Shown here in pieces: positions 29,127 to 39,375 of a stretch of DNA of 64,000 nucleotides (position 1 is its first letter; each line of letters starts with the position of its first letter). The notes below the pieces were generated by a model, which had not been told where the DNA came from, did not search any database, and saw nothing but the letters and a program-made list of their open reading frames with translations. The position numbers and the translations under genes are program-made. Source of the stretch: Roseburia sp. (GTDB lineage: Bacteria; Bacillota; Clostridia; Oscillospirales; Ruminococcaceae); assembly GCA_023666265.1 (NCBI GenBank), contig JAMPCH010000001.1, positions 87,808 to 151,807 on the forward strand. The letters run 5' to 3'.

Positions 29127-30472
29127 AAGCGACGATCGAGCTTCCGGGATACGCCGAGAGGATCATCGGACGGCTTATCGAGCGCGGCTTTGAGGCGTAT
29201 GCCGTCGGCGGGTGCGTCCGCGACCTGTTACTCGGCGAGCTGCCGAAGGACTATGATTTTACGACGAACGCCCGCCCCGAGGAGGTAAAACTTGTTTTTG
29301 CGGATCATAAGACGTACGACTGTGGGTTTCGGTTTGGGACGGTCGGCGTTTTATGGGAGGAGAAGGCGGCGGAGATCACGACCTTTCGCCGCGAGAGCGG
29401 GTATTCCGATTTGCGCCGACCCGATGAGGTGGTTTTTACAAGAGAGTTGAAGGAAGACCTAAAACGCCGCGATCTTACGATCAACGCGATGGCGTTTTCC
29501 CCCGAGAAAGGGTTGATTGACCCCTTCGGGGGGAGAGCGGATCTTTCGCGTGGGATCGTTCGGGCGGTCGGGGAAGCGGAGCAGCGCTTTCGCGAGGACG
29601 CGCTCCGTATCCTTCGCGCGCTTCGCTTTGCTTCCCGGCTCGGCTTTGGGATCGAGGCAAAGACGGCGGCGGCGATCCACCGCTGTAAAGCGCTTTTAAA
29701 AAGGATCTCGGGGGAGCGGATCTATGCCGAGCTGTCGCGACTGCTTTGCGGGAAGGACTGTGAAGCGGTTTTAAGGGATTTTTCCGACGTTTTCGCGGTG
29801 CTGATCCCCGAGATCGGCGCGTGTGTCGGTTTTGAACAGCATACCAAGTACCACGACCGCGACGTATACGAGCATACGATCGGGGCGGTCGCGGCGATCC
29901 GACCGCTCCCGCATCTGCGGCTCGCGATGCTTCTCCACGACCTCGCGAAGCCGGTTTTTTTCACACTCGAGAACGGGACGGGACATTTTAAGGGGCACGC
30001 GAAGGGTAGTCTCGAGATCGCGCGGAGAGTGACACGCGAGCTGAAAATGGATTCCGCGACCGCCGAACGAGTCTGCATGCTCGTGAAATATCACGATATG
30101 GTGATCGAGGATCGCGTACCACTTTTAAAACGATACCTGAACCGCTTCGGCGCGGAGCTTTTGGGCGAGCTGATCGAGGTGCATATCGCGGACGATTCGG
30201 CGAAGGCGGCGGAATATCGCGACCGTATCCGGGAATACCAAAAGACGGAAGATACGGTTCGCGAAATTTTAAAGGAAGAACAGTGCTTTCAAATTCGCGA
30301 TCTCGCGATCGACGGGAACGACCTGTTGACGATCGGCTTAAAAGGGAAGGCGGTCGGAGATACCCTAAGGCACTTATTGGACGGGGTAATCGACGAGCGG
30401 TATAAAAATCGGAAGGAAGCCTTACTAAAGGCGGCGAAAGAGTATAAGGAGAAAATCAATGAGTTCGGTTGA
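29123..30472 (+). CDS. cca: CCA-adding tRNA nucleotidyltransferase; annotated from the conserved N-terminus although no ATG/GTG/TTG precedes it (possible frameshift)
   Basis: The frame-2 translation from 29123 reads [55 protein letters not shown]... RDLTINAMA, the polymerase-beta-type head of CCA enzymes. The HD-like region follows. The first in-frame start (ATG) is only at 29411. The upstream in-frame stop is at 29012-29014. Confidence 0.75.
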   Translation, partial: [449 protein letters not shown]

Positions 30473-31478
30473 CATCGGAATTGATCTGGGAACGGCGAAT
30501 ACGATCATCACGGTCGGGGGAAAAGGGATCGTTGTAAACGAGCCGAGTATCGTCGCGTATGATAAAAAGAAAAAAGAGGTACTCGCGGTCGGGTCGGAGG
30601 CATATCGAATGCTCGGGAGGACGCCCGAGTATATCATCGCGGTGAAGCCGCTTCGCGACGGGGTGATCTCGGACAACGAGATGGCGGAGGAGATGATCGT
30701 CGAGTTTATCCATAAGGTAAGCGGGACTATGCTCTTAAAGCCGCGCGTTCTGATCTGCGTTCCGTCCTCCGTGACCGATGTAGAGCGCCGCGCCGTTGTG
30801 GAAGCCGCGCTTACGGCGGGCGCGCGAAAGGTCTATATCATCGAGGAGCCGATCGCGGCGCTCCTCGGCGCGGGGTTCGATATATCCAAGCCGAACGGCA
30901 TGATGGTCGTAGATATCGGGGGCGGGACCGCCGATGTCGCGGTTGTTTCGTTCAACGGGATCGTGGTATCGGAATCCGTCAAGGTCGCGGGAAATAAATT
31001 CGATGCGGCGATCTCGCGGTATATTTCGCAGAAGTACAAGGTGCTGATCGGGGAAAAGTCCGCCGAACAGGCGAAAATTCAGCTCGCGAACGTCTTTGAC
31101 CCGAGCCCCGAGCGAAAAATGACGGTAAAGGGACGGCATTTACTGCGCGGACTTCCCGCTTCGGTCGAGATCAGCGAGATCGACGTCGAGGAGGCGGTCA
31201 GGGATCTCACGACCGACATTATCGACAGTATCAAAAAGGTGTTTGAAAAAACGCCGCCGGAGCTGGTCGGCGACATACACGAAAACGGGATTACGCTGAC
31301 CGGCGGGGGAGCGCTCCTCGGCGGTCTCGCGCCGCTCGTGTCGAAGGAGCTCGGCGTTCCCTGTCATGTGGCGGATCACGCGCTCGAATGCGTCGCGCGG
31401 GGGATCGCGTCTGCGTTTCATCTCTCGGACGAGCTTTTGGACGGTTTTGAGCAGATCTCGCTTTATCGGTATAAATAG
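30459..31478 (+). CDS. mreB: Rod shape-determining protein MreB/Mbl
   Basis: IGIDLGTANT...VAVKPL.DGVI.D motifs. 339 aa actin-like. Confidence 0.93.
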   Translation: MSSVDIGIDLGTANTIITVGGKGIVVNEPSIVAYDKKKKEVLAVGSEAYRMLGRTPEYIIAVKPLRDGVISDNEMAEEMIVEFIHKVSGTMLLKPRVLICVPSSVTDVERRAVVEAALTAGARKVYIIEEPIAALLGAGFDISKPNGMMVVDIGGGTADVAVVSFNGIVVSESVKVAGNKFDAAISRYISQKYKVLIGEKSAEQAKIQLANVFDPSPERKMTVKGRHLLRGLPASVEISEIDVEEAVRDLTTDIIDSIKKVFEKTPPELVGDIHENGITLTGGGALLGGLAPLVSKELGVPCHVADHALECVARGIASAFHLSDELLDGFEQISLYRYK

Positions 31479-31547
31479 GATATAGCCTTAAAATATTTCA
31501 TCGGACATAAAGTTAGGAAAAGCAAGTGATTCTTCCATAAACGAAAA

Positions 31548-31584
31548 ACACCGTACAATCGTTCGATCTCCGATTGTGCGGTGT
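31548..31584. terminator. Bidirectional palindromic terminator between mreB (+) and trpA (-); member of the CACCGYACAAT palindrome family
   Basis: acaccgtacaatcg-ttcgatctc-cgattgtgcggtgt (14-bp stem including one G.U). Flanked by aaaa upstream, which gives a U-run for the minus-strand transcript. Confidence 0.65.
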
Positions 31585-31594
31585 CGGTTTACAT

Positions 31595-32365
31595 TCAACG
31601 CTTCATTCCGTCTGTCATACTTTTTACGTAATCGTAGATTTTCTGCGGCGCGTCCTTCCCGTATTTTTCCGCGAGCTTTACGATCGCGCTTCCGACGATC
31701 ACGCCGTCCGAAAGCGCCGCCATTTTTTCCGCCTGTTCGGGGGTATTGATCCCGAAGCCGATCGCGGCGGGGACTTTGGCGTATTTTTTTACCGTTTCCA
31801 TGATCGAGGAAAGATCGGTCTTGATCTCGCTCCGCTCGCCGGTAACGCCCATGGACGAAACGATATAAAGAAATCCCTTCGCCTCCTCGGCGATCATCCT
31901 GATCCGTTCCTCGCTCGTCGGCGCGATCAGCGAGATCACGTCGATCCCGTATTTTTCGGCGACCTCGGCGACCTCGTTCTTTTCCTCATAGGGAAGGTCG
32001 GGACAGATCAGACCGTCCACGCCGATCTCGCCGCACTTCTCAAAAAATCGGTCGTAGCCGTACCGAAAAACGGGATTCAGATAGGTCATAAAACAGATCG
32101 GGATCTCGGTCTGCTTTCGTATCTCCTCGGCGAGGAGGAAAGCGCGGTCGGTCGTCATTCCCGCGGAAAGCGCGCGGATATTCGCCTCTTGGATCACGGG
32201 TCCCTCGGCGATCGGGTCGGAGAAGGGTATCCCGATCTCGATCAGATCCGCTCCCGCGCGAACCGCCGCCATAATATTTTCGACGCTTGTATCAAAATCG
32301 GGATCGCCCGCCGTTAAAAACGCGATAAACGCTTTCCGACGAAACGCGTTTTTTATTTTATTCAT
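31595..32365 (-). CDS. trpA: Tryptophan synthase alpha subunit
   Basis: FLTAGDPD...IE.GIPFSDP.A.GP.IQ motif. Start placed at MNKIKNAF (RBS gaggag 9 nt upstream), overlapping the trpB stop by 8 nt. Confidence 0.9.
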   Translation of the reverse strand: MNKIKNAFRRKAFIAFLTAGDPDFDTSVENIMAAVRAGADLIEIGIPFSDPIAEGPVIQEANIRALSAGMTTDRAFLLAEEIRKQTEIPICFMTYLNPVFRYGYDRFFEKCGEIGVDGLICPDLPYEEKNEVAEVAEKYGIDVISLIAPTSEERIRMIAEEAKGFLYIVSSMGVTGERSEIKTDLSSIMETVKKYAKVPAAIGFGINTPEQAEKMAALSDGVIVGSAIVKLAEKYGKDAPQKIYDYVKSMTDGMKR

Positions 32366-33542
32366 GTAGATCAACTCCTCTGTATCTTGCGATTGCCGCA
32401 ACGTCCTTATCGCCTCTCCCGGAGAGGCAGACGATGATAATGTCGTCCTTTTTCATAGTCGGCGCGATCTTCATCATATGCGCGACGGCGTGGGCGCTTT
32501 CGATCGCGCAGATAATCCCCTCCGTTCGGGCGATGTACTCAAACGCGTCCACCGCCTCGTCGTCGGTCACGGGGACGTATTCCGCGCGCCCGATCTCGTT
32601 TAAATAGGCGTGTTCGGGACCGATCCCGGGATAGTCGAGCCCCGCCGAGATCGAGTAAACGGGCGCGATCTGACCGTATTCATCCTGACAAAAGAGAGAT
32701 TTCATACCGTGAAAGACCCCGAGCGTCCCCGTCGCGATCGTCGCGGCGTGTTTCCCGCTCGAGATGCCCTTTCCCGCCGCTTCACAGCCGATCAGCCGAA
32801 CGTCCTTATCGTTGATAAAGTTATAAAACATTCCCATGGAGTTGCTCCCGCCGCCGACGCACGCCATGACCGCCGTCGGGAGCTTTCCTTCCTTTTCGAG
32901 GATCTGCGCGCGGGTTTCCTTCCCGATCACGCTTTGAAAGTCCCGAACGATCATCGGGAAGGGGTGAGGTCCCATGACCGAGCCGAGGACATACAGCGTA
33001 TCGTCCACGCGCTTCGTCCATTCGCGCATTGCCTCGTTTACCGCGTCCTTTAACGTCATCGTCCCTGTCGTGACGGGATTTACCTTCGCGCCGAGAAGCT
33101 CCATACGATAAACGTTCAGCGCCTGACGAACCGTGTCCTCCTTCCCCATAAAGACCTCGCACTCCATTCCGAGGAGCGCCGCCGCCGTCGCCGTGGCGAC
33201 CCCGTGTTGACCCGCGCCCGTTTCGGCGATGACGCGGGTCTTACCCATTTTCTTCGCGAGAAGCACCTGTCCGAGAACGTTATTGATCTTATGAGAGCCG
33301 GTGTGGTTAAGATCCTCGCGCTTGAGATAAATTTTCGCGCCGCCGAGATCCTTCGTCATTCGTTCGGCGTAATAGAGGAGGGAAGGTCTACCCGCGTATT
33401 CGCGGTTGAGCCGATCCAGCTCCTCGTTAAACGCCGGGTTGTTTTTATAAAATTCATACGCCTTTTCGAGCTTATGGATCTCGTTCATCAGCGTCTCGGG
33501 GACGTACTGTCCGCCGAAATCACCGTATCTGCCTTTTGACAT
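32358..33542 (-). CDS. trpB: Tryptophan synthase beta subunit
   Basis: PLP-dependent fold: [30 protein letters not shown]. 394 aa. Confidence 0.95.
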   Translation of the reverse strand: MSKGRYGDFGGQYVPETLMNEIHKLEKAYEFYKNNPAFNEELDRLNREYAGRPSLLYYAERMTKDLGGAKIYLKREDLNHTGSHKINNVLGQVLLAKKMGKTRVIAETGAGQHGVATATAAALLGMECEVFMGKEDTVRQALNVYRMELLGAKVNPVTTGTMTLKDAVNEAMREWTKRVDDTLYVLGSVMGPHPFPMIVRDFQSVIGKETRAQILEKEGKLPTAVMACVGGGSNSMGMFYNFINDKDVRLIGCEAAGKGISSGKHAATIATGTLGVFHGMKSLFCQDEYGQIAPVYSISAGLDYPGIGPEHAYLNEIGRAEYVPVTDDEAVDAFEYIARTEGIICAIESAHAVAHMMKIAPTMKKDDIIIVCLSGRGDKDVAAIARYRGVDLHE

Positions 33543-33569
33543 ATTCTTGTTCCCTTTCTTTTGATTTTT

Positions 33570-34184
33570 TTATGGAAGCGCTTCGCGCGCCGCTCGGACG
33601 GCTTCGATCATTTTTTCACGATCCTTCTTCCCGTCCGTTTCGATCCCGCTGCTGAGATCGATGGCGTAGGGTCGATATTGTCGGATCGTCTCGGGGAGAT
33701 TTTGCGGCGTAAGCCCCCCCGCCAAAAAGAACGGAGACCCGACCGAGGCGTTTCCCAAAAGTCGATGATCAAACGTTTTACCCGATCCCGTCCCGCTGTC
33801 GAACAGGAGATAATCGGCGTGAAACCGCTCCGCCGCTCGAACGTCCTCTGTCGAGCCGACCTTTACCGCCTTTATGATCGGCGCTTTACAGATCGCGCGA
33901 AGCGATCGGAGATAGCCTTCGTCCTCGCTCCCGTGAAGCTGGATTAGGTCGACGATCCCTCGGTCAAAACATTCCGCACAGCGTTCGGGCGGCGCGTTCA
34001 CAAAGACGCCGACCGAGCGGATCCTTTGATCGAGGCGTTTTTTTAGCTTTTCCGCCGTTTCAACCGAAATATTCCGATGACTTTTTGGGAAAAAGAGGAT
34101 AAACCCGACATAATCGGGGAGCGCCTCGTTCGCGTAGTCAATATCACATTCCCGAAACATTCCGCAAAGCTTGATCCTTGTCAT
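33570..34184 (-). CDS. trpF: Phosphoribosylanthranilate isomerase
   Basis: MTRIKLCGM..., 204 aa TIM-barrel PRAI. Confidence 0.85.
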   Translation of the reverse strand: MTRIKLCGMFRECDIDYANEALPDYVGFILFFPKSHRNISVETAEKLKKRLDQRIRSVGVFVNAPPERCAECFDRGIVDLIQLHGSEDEGYLRSLRAICKAPIIKAVKVGSTEDVRAAERFHADYLLFDSGTGSGKTFDHRLLGNASVGSPFFLAGGLTPQNLPETIRQYRPYAIDLSSGIETDGKKDREKMIEAVRAAREALP

Positions 34185-34187
34185 ACG

Positions 34188-34970
34188 CTATGCCTCGTTC
34201 TTCAGCCGTCGGATCTCCTCGGTGATATTCCCGCTTTTCATCAGCGTTTCCCCGATCAGGACGGCGTTTACGCCGCTCTCGCGAAGCCTTTGAATATCCT
34301 CGGGCGTTCGGATACCGCTCTCCGAGACAAAGATACGATCCCTTGGGACAAGCTCGCGTAAGCGCGTACTAAGGCTCAGATCGACGGTAAAATCCCGGAG
34401 GTTTCGGTTATTGATGCCGATGATCTGTGCGCCCGCCTCTACGGCGGATGCGACCTCCGCCTCGTCGTGCGCCTCGACCAACGCGCTAAGTCCGAGCGAA
34501 TGTGCGAGGTCGAGGTATTCTTTGAGCCGCTTCGGCGGGAGGAGCGAACAGATCAAGAGGATCGCCGACGCGCCGATCAGCTTCGTCTCATAGATCATAT
34601 ATTCGTCCACGATAAAGTCCTTTCGGAGTACCGGGAGCTTTACGGCGCTCGCGATCTCGCGGAGATACTGACTTTTTCCCATAAAGTAAAACGGCTCGGT
34701 AAGACAGGAGATCGCCGCCGCGCCCGCCTTTTCATACTCCTTCGCGATATTTAAATAGGGGAAATCCTGTCGGATCATCCCCTTTGAGGGGGAGGCGCGT
34801 TTTACCTCACAGATTAGCGCGATCGGCTCACGCCGAAGCGCGTCGCGAAAGGAGGGCGGGGTAATGTCGGCTTTTAAAGCCGCTCTTTTTACGGACGAGA
34901 GCGGGATCTCCTTTTTGAGCGCGACGACCCGCTCTTTTGTTCGCCGCGCGATCTCCTGTAAAATATCCAT
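34188..34970 (-). CDS. trpC: Indole-3-glycerol phosphate synthase
   Basis: IAE.KR.SPSKG, LTE...F.G, INNRNL motifs. Confidence 0.9.
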   Translation of the reverse strand: MDILQEIARRTKERVVALKKEIPLSSVKRAALKADITPPSFRDALRREPIALICEVKRASPSKGMIRQDFPYLNIAKEYEKAGAAAISCLTEPFYFMGKSQYLREIASAVKLPVLRKDFIVDEYMIYETKLIGASAILLICSLLPPKRLKEYLDLAHSLGLSALVEAHDEAEVASAVEAGAQIIGINNRNLRDFTVDLSLSTRLRELVPRDRIFVSESGIRTPEDIQRLRESGVNAVLIGETLMKSGNITEEIRRLKNEA

Positions 34971-34984
34971 TGTTGATCTCCTTT

Positions 34985-35992
34985 TTAGATTTCATTTGAA
35001 ACGGCGATAAAATCGTTCAGCGTTTGAAGCGCCTTTCCGCTGTCGATCATTTCCGCCGCAAGACGGATCCCTTCCTCGATCGGGACTTCCTTCGCGATAT
35101 GGATCGCCGCGCCCGCGTTTAAAAGGACCGAATCGCGCCCCGCGCCCTTTTTCCCGTTTAAAATCTCCTTCGCGATCGCCGCGTTTTCCTGCGGCGTCCC
35201 GCCGCGAAGCTCCTCGATGGAATGACGCTCAAGACCGAACTGGTCGGGCGTGATCTCGTATTTATGAAGCTCGCCGTTACAGATCTCAACGACGGCGGTC
35301 GGCGCGCCGACCGAGATCTCGTCGAGCCCGTCCCGTCCGTATAACGCCATACCGCGCTTTACGCCGAGCCGAGAAAGAACGCGCGCCATCGTCTCGGTCA
35401 GCTCCTCGCTGTATACGCCGAGAAGCTGTAAATTCGCGTGCGCGGGATTTGTGAGCGGACCTAAGATGTTAAAGATCGTCGGGATCGCAATCTCTTTACG
35501 TACCGGTCCGACGTATTTCATCGCCGTGTGGTATTTCTGAGCGAAAAGGAAGCAGATATTCACGCGATCCAGTAAGGAAACGCATTTTTTAGCGTCCTGT
35601 TGAAGGTTCACGCCGAGCGCCTCGAGACAATCCGCCGCGCCGCATTTACTGGAGGCGGCGCGATTTCCGTGCTTGGTGACCTTTACGCCCGAGGCGGCGG
35701 AGACCAGCGCCGAGAGCGTCGAGATATTGATCGAGTTCGCGCCGTCTCCGCCCGTTCCGACGATCTCGAGAAGGTCGCCGTCATAGGTCACGCGATCCGC
35801 GTACTCACGCATAACATAGGCACAGGCGCTGATCTCCTCGACGGTCTCTCCCTTCATATGAAGGGAGGTCAAAAAGGCGGCGATCTGGGTCGGGAGCGCC
35901 TCTCCGCCCATGATCTCTTTCATCACGGCGGAGGCCTCGTCATAGGACAGGTCAACGCCGCCGATCGTTTTCTTTAAAGCTTCTTGGATCAT
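34985..35992 (-). CDS. trpD: Anthranilate phosphoribosyltransferase
   Basis: GTGGDG.NS.NISTL...A..G..V.KHGNR motifs. Confidence 0.92.
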   Translation of the reverse strand: MIQEALKKTIGGVDLSYDEASAVMKEIMGGEALPTQIAAFLTSLHMKGETVEEISACAYVMREYADRVTYDGDLLEIVGTGGDGANSINISTLSALVSAASGVKVTKHGNRAASSKCGAADCLEALGVNLQQDAKKCVSLLDRVNICFLFAQKYHTAMKYVGPVRKEIAIPTIFNILGPLTNPAHANLQLLGVYSEELTETMARVLSRLGVKRGMALYGRDGLDEISVGAPTAVVEICNGELHKYEITPDQFGLERHSIEELRGGTPQENAAIAKEILNGKKGAGRDSVLLNAGAAIHIAKEVPIEEGIRLAAEMIDSGKALQTLNDFIAVSNEI

Positions 35993-36016
35993 TGTTTTTC
36001 GTTCCTTTCTTTCAAT

Positions 36017-36613
36017 TTAAAATATGGAATGACTTAAAAAATTTTCCAGCATTTTTTTCCCGTGAGCGGTCAAAATGGACTCGGGGTGAAACTGGACGCC
36101 GTAGATCGGGAGAGAGGTATGGCGAACGCTCATGACCTCGCCGTCGTCGGTCTCGGCGGTGACGGTAAGACAGGCGGGTAGCGTCTCGCGGATCGCCGCG
36201 AGCGAATGATACCGCGCGACCTCGGTCGAACCGGGAAGTCCGTAAAATAAAGGACATTTAATATCCAGCTTTGCGGTCGATCTTTTACCGTGCATCAGCT
36301 TTTTCGCGTAGCTTACCGTCGCGCCGAAAGCTTCGCAGATCGCTTGATGACCGAGACAAACGCCGAGAATGGGGATCGACCCGTCGGAGCGCTTCACCAG
36401 CTCCTCACAGATCCCCGCCTCCGACGGTGTTTTCGGTCCCGGCGAAAGAATGATCCGCGACGGATTCAGACTGAACGCGTCTTCGGGAGACAGCTCGTCG
36501 TTTCTGACGACCCGGATATTCGGCTCGAGCTCGCCGACGAGCTGATAAAGATTGTACGAAAAGCTGTCGTAATTATCGATCAATAAGATCATCATAACTC
36601 CTTCCTCGGTCAT
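36017..36613 (-). CDS. trpG: Anthranilate synthase component II (glutamine amidotransferase)
   Basis: ILLIDNYDSFSYNL, GVCLGHQ, HPES triad motifs. The ATGA start overlaps the trpE stop. Confidence 0.9.
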   Translation of the reverse strand: MTEEGVMMILLIDNYDSFSYNLYQLVGELEPNIRVVRNDELSPEDAFSLNPSRIILSPGPKTPSEAGICEELVKRSDGSIPILGVCLGHQAICEAFGATVSYAKKLMHGKRSTAKLDIKCPLFYGLPGSTEVARYHSLAAIRETLPACLTVTAETDDGEVMSVRHTSLPIYGVQFHPESILTAHGKKMLENFLSHSIF

Positions 36614-38082
36614 ACTTTTACGCCCTGTGAGGCTTCGAGCGCGTTCATGACCGCTTTTGCTTTATTGATACATTCGTTATATTCCTTTTCGGGGACGCTG
36701 TCCGCGACGATCCCCGCGCCCGAGCGGACAAAAACCTTCCCGTTCTTTTTAAACGCGAGTCGGATCGCGATACAAGCGTCGAGATTTCCCGTAAAATCTA
36801 TATACCCGATCGCGCCGCCGTAGATCCCGCGTTTGTTGTTTTCGAGTTCGTTGATGATCTCACAGGCACGGATCTTCGGCGCACCCGAAAGCGTCCCGGC
36901 GGGGAGGACCGCGTCGATCGCGTCTAAGGCAGATCTCCCCTCGGCGATCTCTCCGCGTACCGTTGATCCGATATGCATGATATGGGAATATCGCTCGATC
37001 GAGAGATATTTTTCGACCTGTACCGTACCGAATTTACTGATCTTCCCGAGGTCGTTCCTCCCGAGATCGACCAGCATATTATGCTCGGAAAGCTCTTTTT
37101 CATCGGAAAGAAGCTCTTTTTCGAGCCGCTGATCCTCTTCGTCGGTCGCTCCGCGCGGACGTGAACCGGCGAGCGGGAAGGTATGAAGGATCCCGTTTTC
37201 GAGCTTCACGAGCGTTTCGGGCGAAGCGCCGGAGACCTCCATATCGTCGCTGCTGAAATAGAACATATACGGCGAGGGATTTGTCGTCCGAAGAAGTCGG
37301 TACGCGTCGAGAAGGCTTCCTTTAAAATCCGCCGCGAGACGGTTCGAGAGAACGACTTGAAAAATATCGCCTTCATAAATATATTTTTTCGCCCTCTCGA
37401 CCATTTGTTCGTATTCGTCTTTACTGAAGAGCGGACGAAAATCCGAGGTAAGCGCGGCTCGCTCGTGTCGGGTCGGCTCGCCCTGTTCGATCAGGAGCTG
37501 CATCTCGTTCAGGGTCTTTTCCGCAATCCGATAATTATTTTCGAGGTCGTCGGTTCGGATATTTACGATGAGGATGATTTTTTGGCGGACGCTGTCAAAG
37601 GCGATGACTTTATCAAAGAGCATCAGATCGACGTCCTTAAATCCTTCCTCGTCCCGCGCGTCGAGCGTTAAACAAGGCTCGGCATACTTGATATAATCAT
37701 AAGAAAAATATCCGACCAATCCGCCGGTAAAAGAGGGAAGTCCCTCGATCCTCGGGCTGGTATGATCCGAGAGGAGCTTTTGGATCACTTCCCTCGGCGC
37801 GGAGGGTTCGCTTACGCTCGTCTCGCCCGTTACGACGTTTTTTACCGTCGTTTTACCGTTTGTACAAGAGATCTCGAGCGTCGGGTTATATCCGAGGAAG
37901 GTATACCTTCCCCATTTTTCCCGATTTTCGACGCTTTCGAGAATGTAGCAATGCCGACTGTAATTTTTTAGGATACGAAGCACCTCGATCGGCGTCCGAA
38001 TATCGGACATGATCTCGCGGCTGATCGGGACGATCCGATACCTTCCGCAGTATTTTTTCGCCTGTTCAAGAGTAGGGTACAT
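36610..38082 (-). CDS. trpE: Anthranilate synthase component I
   Basis: Chorismate-binding C-terminal domain (GGAIGYI, ADSVPE.E). Start placed at the internal MYPTLEQAKKY rather than the ORF-track 5' extension. Confidence 0.9.
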   Translation of the reverse strand: MYPTLEQAKKYCGRYRIVPISREIMSDIRTPIEVLRILKNYSRHCYILESVENREKWGRYTFLGYNPTLEISCTNGKTTVKNVVTGETSVSEPSAPREVIQKLLSDHTSPRIEGLPSFTGGLVGYFSYDYIKYAEPCLTLDARDEEGFKDVDLMLFDKVIAFDSVRQKIILIVNIRTDDLENNYRIAEKTLNEMQLLIEQGEPTRHERAALTSDFRPLFSKDEYEQMVERAKKYIYEGDIFQVVLSNRLAADFKGSLLDAYRLLRTTNPSPYMFYFSSDDMEVSGASPETLVKLENGILHTFPLAGSRPRGATDEEDQRLEKELLSDEKELSEHNMLVDLGRNDLGKISKFGTVQVEKYLSIERYSHIMHIGSTVRGEIAEGRSALDAIDAVLPAGTLSGAPKIRACEIINELENNKRGIYGGAIGYIDFTGNLDACIAIRLAFKKNGKVFVRSGAGIVADSVPEKEYNECINKAKAVMNALEASQGVKV

Positions 38083-38402
38083 AAAAAGCCGTCCTTTCCG
38101 TAACAAATAAAAAACGCCCCCAAAATCAACATAAAGCTGAAATTTAAGGACGAATAGATCGCGTTGCCACCTTAATTCACGGCGTAAAGCCGCACACCTC
38201 ACCGGGTACAATCATACCCTCGCAAATAACGCTTGCCCGCGTCGCGGAATACTCGGTCGCCGAAAAACGACCTTTGACCGCGCCCTCCGTGGTCCATTTA
38301 ATGAACTGCGTTCTGCGACATTCTCAGCGCCTGCCGCTCTCTGTAAGTGCACAAACATTTTTATCTCCACTTCGACGGTTTGATCGAAGAAAATATTTAA
38401 TT
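38083..38402 (-). promoter_or_regulatory. T-box riboswitch leader, Trp specifier (UGG), for trpEGDCFBA
   Basis: On the minus strand, the T-box sequence AATTAAGGTGGCAACGCG (plus-strand coords 38158-38178) is followed by gggggcgUUUUUUaUUUg. The upstream stem-I region carries AGAGC...TGAGA and a loop ..cattaaaTGGAccac.. with the UGG codon followed by A. Confidence 0.8.
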
Positions 38403-38408
38403 TTATTT

Positions 38409-38437
38409 ATTGTATCACGTTTTTGGCGATTTGTCAA
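38409..38437 (-). promoter_or_regulatory. Consensus promoter TTGACA-17-TACAAT (TG-extended) for the trp leader; the -35 overlaps the aguB stop codon
   Basis: Minus strand: ttgacaaatcgccaaaaacgtgatacaat. Confidence 0.65.
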
Positions 38438-39345
38438 CGGTTTTTAAAAAATTTTTCGTTTCCTCGCGCCGTTTCGGTGATTTTCCCGTACATTTCGGGT
38501 CTCCTGTCGCGGAATACGCCCCAGCTCATTCTAAAATCACGGATCTCGTCGAGATCGTATTCGCCGACAAGGACACAGTCGCTCTCGCGATCCGCCGATC
38601 GGATCAGCTCGCCGGTGCAGTCGGTCAAAAAGGAGCTTCCGTAAAAGCACAGGGAGGAGGATTGCTCTTGATTATCGGGGGAGGGGAGGATCGTTTCCGT
38701 CCCGACCCGATTCGCGGCGATCACGGGGATCAGGTTCGCCGCCGCGTGACCCTGCATACACCTTCTCCAATGCGGCATACTGTCGCATTCCAGGATCGGC
38801 TCCGAGCCGATCGCGGTCGGATAAAATAAAAGCTCCGCCCCCATCAGCGCCATACACCGCGCCGCCTCGGGAAACCATTGATCCCAACAGATCCCGACGC
38901 CGATCTTACCATAGCGCGTCTCAAAGACGCGAAAGCCCGTATCGCCGGGCGTAAAATAAAATTTCTCCTGATAAAAATGATCGTCGGGGATATGGGTCTT
39001 TCGATAGAGCCCGCAAAGCGAGCCGTCCGCGTCGATCACGGCGACGCTGTTATAAAGCACGGTCTCATATTGTTCATAAAAGCTTATGATAAGAACGGAG
39101 TTCAGTTCCTTCGACAAAGCGGTAAAACGGATCACCGCCTCGTTTCGCTCGGCGGGCTTGGCTAAAGAATAATGTTCATACTTTCGTTCTTGACAAAAAT
39201 ACGGCGTTTCAAAAAGCTCGGGAAGGAGAACGATATTCGCGCCGTCCGCGACCGCCTCACGGGTATATCGTTCGGCTTTTTCGAGCGCTTTTTCCCGTTC
39301 GATCGGGATCGAGATTTGTACCGCCGCCGCCTTTATTTTTCTCAT
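38434..39345 (-). CDS. aguB: N-carbamoylputrescine amidase (carbon-nitrogen hydrolase family)
   Basis: KAAAVQ, LPELF, Cys in GVGICWDQWFPE (catalytic E-K-C nitrilase triad context). 303 aa. Confidence 0.85.
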   Translation of the reverse strand: MRKIKAAAVQISIPIEREKALEKAERYTREAVADGANIVLLPELFETPYFCQERKYEHYSLAKPAERNEAVIRFTALSKELNSVLIISFYEQYETVLYNSVAVIDADGSLCGLYRKTHIPDDHFYQEKFYFTPGDTGFRVFETRYGKIGVGICWDQWFPEAARCMALMGAELLFYPTAIGSEPILECDSMPHWRRCMQGHAAANLIPVIAANRVGTETILPSPDNQEQSSSLCFYGSSFLTDCTGELIRSADRESDCVLVGEYDLDEIRDFRMSWGVFRDRRPEMYGKITETARGNEKFFKNR

Positions 39346-39375
39346 ATTTCGTGATTCCTTTCTTTTTCCGCTCGG

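Noticed and set aside
31574-32317. 247-aa plus-strand ORF
   Set aside because: Antisense to trpA, which has the clear TrpA motifs. GC-driven artefact. The same applies to 632-1126(-) in metK, 43838-44479(-) in GH95, 61014-61652(-) in the GGDEF gene, 6155-6661(-) in purL, and others.
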